Shown piece after piece: positions 7,420-10,650 of a stretch of DNA of 10,650 nucleotides; position 1 is the stretch's first letter; every line of letters starts with the position of its first letter. Source of the DNA: Pseudobdellovibrionaceae bacterium. Its GTDB lineage: Bacteria > Bdellovibrionota > Bdellovibrionia > Bdellovibrionales > Bdellovibrionaceae. The DNA lies in NCBI GenBank assembly GCA_044359815.1, contig JBIKLL010000085.1:1-10650 (forward strand), given 5' to 3'. The notes under the pieces are model-generated. The model made no database searches and was not told the origin of the DNA. It saw only the letters and a list, made by a program, of their open reading frames with translations. A program made the position numbers and the translations under genes.

Positions 7420-8955
7420 ATGATCAAGATTTCAATCAGTTTAATTTTTTTAATCAGTCTGCAATCCATGGCTGCCTCACAGGATCAGGCCAATCAAGAC
7501 TGGGTTAAATACGAAAAAGCTGTTTTGCAAGAGCCTAAGACCTTGGGTGTTTCGGCCAGCAGCGAATGTGATCCCTATAGGATGATTCTGGAAACCAGCT
7601 TTAGTTGGACTGAAGCCCAAAAAATGATTTGCCGAAATGATTTTAACAAAGAAAAATTAAACAAAGACTTATCGGTATTGGCCAAGATTGCTGCCATCAC
7701 ACCCGAGGTCATTCAATCTATTCCAGGCTCATACAAATATTATCGATCCGAGGTCTTAGCCATGGCTCAAAACCTGAAAGCCTGTGCTAAACAGAAATAT
7801 GACGGCGGAAGGATCCAGAATGTTTTGATCCGCAAATCCACGGGCAGTAACTATGTAGTTAGCGCATCAGGGGCCAGTTTTGATCGTGAAACCTACAATT
7901 TAGCCAGGCGATTTTATTTGGTGAAACTGCTGATGGACCTGAGCTCAGAAAAAGTAGATTTTTGTTCAGTCAATTTTCAAAATGCATCTAATGTCAGATT
8001 CAGAACCTTGGCACCTGGTAAAGTGAAGAAATTTAGCGAAGGCCAAAGGGTGCATCCGGCTGTGGCTTCTGGAATCACACTGATCGCGGCGTTACACCAG
8101 AGCTGTGATGCAGCCAATTTGTCTGTTTCTGGACCCGAGTTTGAGGGCGAGGTTAATTGGTACAACGACGGTCGCAAAAGCTATAATTTTTCACAGAACT
8201 ATTCTGCTTTTGCAAAACGCCTAAGAACTGATTCTTGTTCACAGGATTTTGAACTGCCCTATTATTCGTGGGTGGATCGAAATCCCAAAATCAGTTTCCC
8301 AGAAAAACTGGATGGTGTGCCGCAATTAAAGTTTGTTAAAAAAGGCACTGATTGTTCAAGCTTTATCACCACGGCTTATGCTGCCAGTGGGCTTAGGTTT
8401 TTCAAAAACACGGATGACATTTATCAGTTTTTTCCAAAAGACAAAAACGGAACTCCCAATGCCTACAATACCACTATGTTAAAAGGCCTGCCTGACAAAC
8501 CTGAATCGTGTTTTCACAACGTGGATTTTTCTAGGGAATCCTATCTGAAACCTGGGGACGTGCTGGTAGGTGGTGGTCACACATGGTTGGTAGCAACTGC
8601 CAGCGATGATCCTTTTGGTTTTAGAACAATGAATAAAAAAGATTGTTCTGATTTTTCAAAATACAAACTGAATTTCACAGTGCTGGAATCAGATGAGTCG
8701 GATCGGGGCATGGGCCCCAGACACCATCATGGATCAGCTGCTTGGGCGCAGATCAATCAATTGGCCAGTTTAGCTTGTAAAGCCCATTTTGGCGGGCGCA
8801 AAAATTCAGTTTTTGCAAAAACCAAATCAGATGTGTTGATCAGACATTCGGGAAAGCCTGAATGCAAGATGAGTCAAACCCCTCATTTAGTAGGGACAAA
8901 ATGTGTCAGCTCTTGTCCAATCGTTCGTCAGCTCAATAAAGCCCTAACTGATTAA
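7420..8955 (+). CDS. Secreted protein with a divergent NlpC/P60 (papain-like) Cys-His domain; putative peptidoglycan hydrolase
   Basis: Signal-peptide-like N-terminus from ATG 7420 (MIKISISLIFLISLQSMA). GTG 7402 is an alternative start. Motifs PYYSW, GTDCSSFITTAY (Cys 8353-8355) and LKPGDVLVGGGHTWLV (His 8578-8580) match the NlpC/P60 PY.W / DCS.F / PGD..H pattern. The CDS is solid; the substrate is inferred. Confidence 0.75.
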   Translation: MIKISISLIFLISLQSMAASQDQANQDWVKYEKAVLQEPKTLGVSASSECDPYRMILETSFSWTEAQKMICRNDFNKEKLNKDLSVLAKIAAITPEVIQSIPGSYKYYRSEVLAMAQNLKACAKQKYDGGRIQNVLIRKSTGSNYVVSASGASFDRETYNLARRFYLVKLLMDLSSEKVDFCSVNFQNASNVRFRTLAPGKVKKFSEGQRVHPAVASGITLIAALHQSCDAANLSVSGPEFEGEVNWYNDGRKSYNFSQNYSAFAKRLRTDSCSQDFELPYYSWVDRNPKISFPEKLDGVPQLKFVKKGTDCSSFITTAYAASGLRFFKNTDDIYQFFPKDKNGTPNAYNTTMLKGLPDKPESCFHNVDFSRESYLKPGDVLVGGGHTWLVATASDDPFGFRTMNKKDCSDFSKYKLNFTVLESDESDRGMGPRHHHGSAAWAQINQLASLACKAHFGGRKNSVFAKTKSDVLIRHSGKPECKMSQTPHLVGTKCVSSCPIVRQLNKALTD

Positions 8956-8969
8956 AACCCCCAATGAAC

Positions 8970-8985
8970 TGGCAAAATAATTGCT
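8970..8985 (+). promoter_or_regulatory. sigma54 (RpoN) -24/-12 promoter motif
   Basis: TGGCAAAATAATTGCT has exact GG-N10-GC spacing with TGGCA and TTGCT flanks. It lies in the 63-nt gap before ATG 9019 and implies a start site near 8996. Confidence 0.65.
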
Positions 8986-9018
8986 TTGTTACAGTCCGAA
9001 TTGTTTCGGGAGATAACA

Positions 9019-10299
9019 ATGCACGTAGGTTCGAAACACATTTTTTTAGCTTTATATACAGCTGTTGCCATTGGATTCAATGGATCGGTTGCTTATGCTA
9101 AATCAGTGAATTTAAGCTCAAGCTGCACTTCAACAGATGGTAAAACCATCAAAGGGCTACGTACTGAAACGCTGTATCCCATCGCCAGTGTATCAAAAAT
9201 CTTTACTTCTTATTGGGCTCTTAAAACTTACGGAGTGGATCATCGCTTTATCACGAAAGTGCATTTAGCCAAAGTCGAAGGCGAATGGCAGGCTCACATC
9301 GAGGGCAGTTATGATCCCTATTTTTCAAAAAAGAGCATTCAGTATTTAGCAGCGACCCTAAATAAAAAAGGCATTTATAAATTATCCAGACTAACCTTTG
9401 ACGGTCGAGTTTTCTTGGCTTTAAATATTACTGACTCTGAGTTGATCAGCGACACCTATGAAAACACTCACCCATCGCGAGTAAAAACCGGCGACAATCT
9501 GGTTCAGATTTTCACGCGCTTAAACAGAGGCTATGAAACCCTCAGAAGCCAGGTCGAACAAGCTCATGGCGAACTGCTGCCAGACACTATCAATTTAACT
9601 GTAGAAGAAATTGCTTACTTAAACGCAAATTCGTTTAAACCCAAGGGTAAGACTGTGGTGTTGCTTCCGTCAGTCCCACTGATTGGTATGATCAAATACA
9701 TGAACACTCACAGTCATAACTATTTGTCTGAAGCTTTGTATCAAGGGTTAGGCAATGGCTCTGATCTGGAAAACTTTCTGCACAGTGAATTGGGTATTTC
9801 GGTGGCTGACATCAGCTTTTTGAATGGATCTGGCAATAATGATGGTGAAAACCGCTACACCAGAGCCAACTGCAAATCGATTATTAAAACAATTTATGCC
9901 CTTAGGAAGCTTATGATCGAAAGTGGCAAAAAATCCTATCATGCCATGGGTGTCGTTGATGTGGACCTAGAAACTGGAAAAGGGTATCGCAGTGAATACA
10001 CCAGTGATTCAGTGGTTGCTAAAACTGGAACGGTTGCAAAGGCCGTGACATTAGCGGGAATTGCTTCGACCCAACAGGGAAACGTTTATTTTGCTTTTAT
10101 CTATAAAACACCTAGCATCGCTTATGCAGGGCAAGCTCGCAGAGCTATCAAAGAGGATTTGATCGAACTGATCGATCAGCATGGTGGGCCAGAAAAAATG
10201 GATTCCAATTCGCCTGAAGGCTATGATCCCTTTGACAGAAAAAATGTCGTGATCATCACTCAAGAAAATCTGGATTCAGTTCCTCTTAGACAAAACTAG
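9019..10299 (+). CDS. dacB: Secreted D-Ala-D-Ala carboxypeptidase/endopeptidase, peptidase S13 (PBP4/DacB-like); resembles the predatory Bd0816/Bd3459 type
   Basis: GGGAGA RBS before ATG 9019 (preferred over TTG 8986). Signal peptide ending in AYA|K. SxxK in PIASVSK (9187-9198), HRFIT, GSYDP, SxN as SHN (9712-9720), NGSG, KTG (10021-10029). 426 aa. Confidence 0.92.
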   Translation: MHVGSKHIFLALYTAVAIGFNGSVAYAKSVNLSSSCTSTDGKTIKGLRTETLYPIASVSKIFTSYWALKTYGVDHRFITKVHLAKVEGEWQAHIEGSYDPYFSKKSIQYLAATLNKKGIYKLSRLTFDGRVFLALNITDSELISDTYENTHPSRVKTGDNLVQIFTRLNRGYETLRSQVEQAHGELLPDTINLTVEEIAYLNANSFKPKGKTVVLLPSVPLIGMIKYMNTHSHNYLSEALYQGLGNGSDLENFLHSELGISVADISFLNGSGNNDGENRYTRANCKSIIKTIYALRKLMIESGKKSYHAMGVVDVDLETGKGYRSEYTSDSVVAKTGTVAKAVTLAGIASTQQGNVYFAFIYKTPSIAYAGQARRAIKEDLIELIDQHGGPEKMDSNSPEGYDPFDRKNVVIITQENLDSVPLRQN

Positions 10300-10341
10300 A
10301 GCCGGCCCACTTGAGTGCGGTTAATTTGAGTCTAAAAATAC

Positions 10342-10650
10342 TTCAATGTTTTTACACCTTTTGAATACTTGCTAACGGCCGCAAGCTCATCTCTCGTATT
10401 GCGTAAATGCAAAAGTAATTTGTTTTTACTGTTTTTAGACACATGCAGCGAGCGTGCGGGGCATATCTGGTGTTGAGTCATTTTATAAAAGCAAAAAAAT
10501 TGCTTTTATAAAATGATTCAATACGAGAGATGAGCCCGCGGCCGTTAGCGAGTGTCTAAAAATAGTGAAAAAAATTATCTTTGCATTTACGCATCACGAG
10601 ATATGCCATGCGCGCTCGCAAATGTATTCAAAAGGTGTAAAAACATAGAA
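10342..10650. repeat. Composite inverted-repeat element A-B-C-D-E-E'-B'-C'-D'-A', probably truncated by the window end
   Basis: Hand alignment of each segment to the reverse complement of its partner: A 10342-10368 / A' 10624-10650 (26/27); B 10369-10401 / B' 10519-10551 (30/33); C 10400-10442 / C' 10552-10593 (38/43, one gap); D 10448-10475 / D' 10592-10619 (23/28); E 10473-10494 / E' 10500-10521 (21/22, A5 loop). Confidence 0.93.

Noticed and set aside
10301..10327. Terminator after dacB (CCGgccCAC-ttga-GTGCGG then TTAATTT)
   Set aside because: The stem is bulged and short and the U-tract is poor; not supportable.
10342..10650. CRISPR array or simple rho-independent terminator
   Set aside because: There are no identical direct repeats with unique spacers, the spacer-like segments are themselves paired, and no cas genes are present. 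The central hairpin is AT-rich without a U-tract, and it explains only a small part of the structure.

Overview
Every credible gene lies on the + strand. The gene set resembles a predatory Bdellovibrionota genome (inference from protein families, no search run). In order: (1) the 3' part (>1345 aa, start upstream of the window) of a repetitive phage-tail-fibre-like protein with a C-terminal S74 intramolecular chaperone; (2) a small secreted Cys-rich protein; (3) an AT-rich orphan with an N-terminal membrane anchor; (4) a pseudogenised paralogue of gene 2 with the same N-terminus, a different C-terminus, a nonsense codon and a ~151-nt deletion; (5) a secreted dienelactone hydrolase-family protein; (6) a divergent secreted NlpC/P60-like Cys-His protein; (7) a secreted PBP4/DacB (S13) DD-peptidase behind a well-formed sigma54 -24/-12 motif. 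The last ~320 nt are non-coding and are the most unusual feature: five inverted-repeat pairs in the permuted order A-B-C-D-E-E'-B'-C'-D'-A'. This forms a long rod whose two internal loops are complementary to each other, and it runs off the window edge.
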